Below the pieces are notes generated by a model, which saw only the letters and a list, made by a program, of their open reading frames with translations, searched no databases and was not told where the DNA came from. The position numbers and the translations under genes were made by a program. A DNA stretch of 64,000 bases, taken from contig CAWBVY010000004.1 in NCBI GenBank assembly GCA_963792415.1, positions 96,001-160,000 of the forward strand, read 5' to 3'. Source of the DNA: Candidatus Deferrimicrobiaceae bacterium. GTDB lineage: Bacteria > Desulfobacterota > Deferrimicrobia > Deferrimicrobiales > Deferrimicrobiaceae. Positions 63,552 to 64,000 of the stretch are shown piece after piece (positions within the stretch are counted from its first letter, which is position 1; every line of letters starts with the position of its first letter).

Positions 63552-64000
63552 CTAGGGCAGTCCCAGCAGCTCCAGGTACACCTTCCGGATCCTGTCCGTT
63601 TCCTTCCGGTACCTTTCCAGCCGTTCCGTCTCCAGCCACTGCGGGTCGAAGCTGTCGATCGAAGCGTCGTGCGCCAGCCGCAACCGGACGTCCAGGGACC
63701 GGAGGAAGCGATACCCTTCGTCCAGCACCCTGTACTGGTCGAGCGTGACGATCCCCGCGCGCTGCAGCTCGTAGAGCGCCTTCAGGGTTCCGCGCGCCCG
63801 CAACGCGGGGCGCGCCCCTCCATGGAGGAGCTGCAGGTACTGCGCCGCGAACTCCACGTCCACCACACCCCCCCGCCCCACCTTCAGGTTCAGGCGGTTC
63901 CCACGCTCCCGGCCCAGCTCCTGCTCCATCCGCATCCGCAGGCGGTGGATCTCCTCCGCCGCGTTCGGCGGCAGGCCCCGATCGTAGATGAATCCCCGGA
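63552..64000 (-). CDS. glnE: glutamine synthetase adenylyltransferase, 3' end
   Basis: MR.RME.E, NLKVGRGGVVDVEF.AQYLQL, Y.FLR. Confidence 0.88.
   Translation of the reverse strand, partial: RGFIYDRGLPPNAAEEIHRLRMRMEQELGRERGNRLNLKVGRGGVVDVEFAAQYLQLLHGGARPALRARGTLKALYELQRAGIVTLDQYRVLDEGYRFLRSLDVRLRLAHDASIDSFDPQWLETERLERYRKETDRIRKVYLELLGLP

Overview
GC-rich bacterial chromosome segment. Gene content suggests an anaerobic deltaproteobacterium-like organism; this is inference, not a database call. Most of the window is housekeeping: pgm, gltBD, katG with a Fur/PerR regulator, an ABC-2/HlyD exporter, corA, a heme cluster (ahbD-like, hemE, hemH, hemY), rqcH, csp, nadE, plsC, nth, queEC and the 3' end of glnE. 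Three things stand out. (1) At 13-26 kb a heme-c-motif sensor kinase, an archaemetzincin protease and a sigma-54 activator lie upstream of a sigma-54 operon. That operon encodes an unannotated 26-aa membrane peptide, three GcvH-fold proteins lacking the canonical lipoyl-Lys position, and a HybA/NrfC + HybB/NrfD quinone-interacting pair with no catalytic subunit. (2) A TRAP + malonyl-CoA decarboxylase cassette sits inside this locus between two 72-bp imperfect direct repeats. (3) A DedA-rhodanese gene has an in-frame UGA at a Cys position followed by a SECIS-like hairpin, so it is a probable selenoprotein; it ends a partly decayed gene run headed by a perfect FNR-type box. The window also has tRNA-Asn with a TA module/TerC islet, several pseudogene remnants, and four single-base frameshifts that may be assembly errors.
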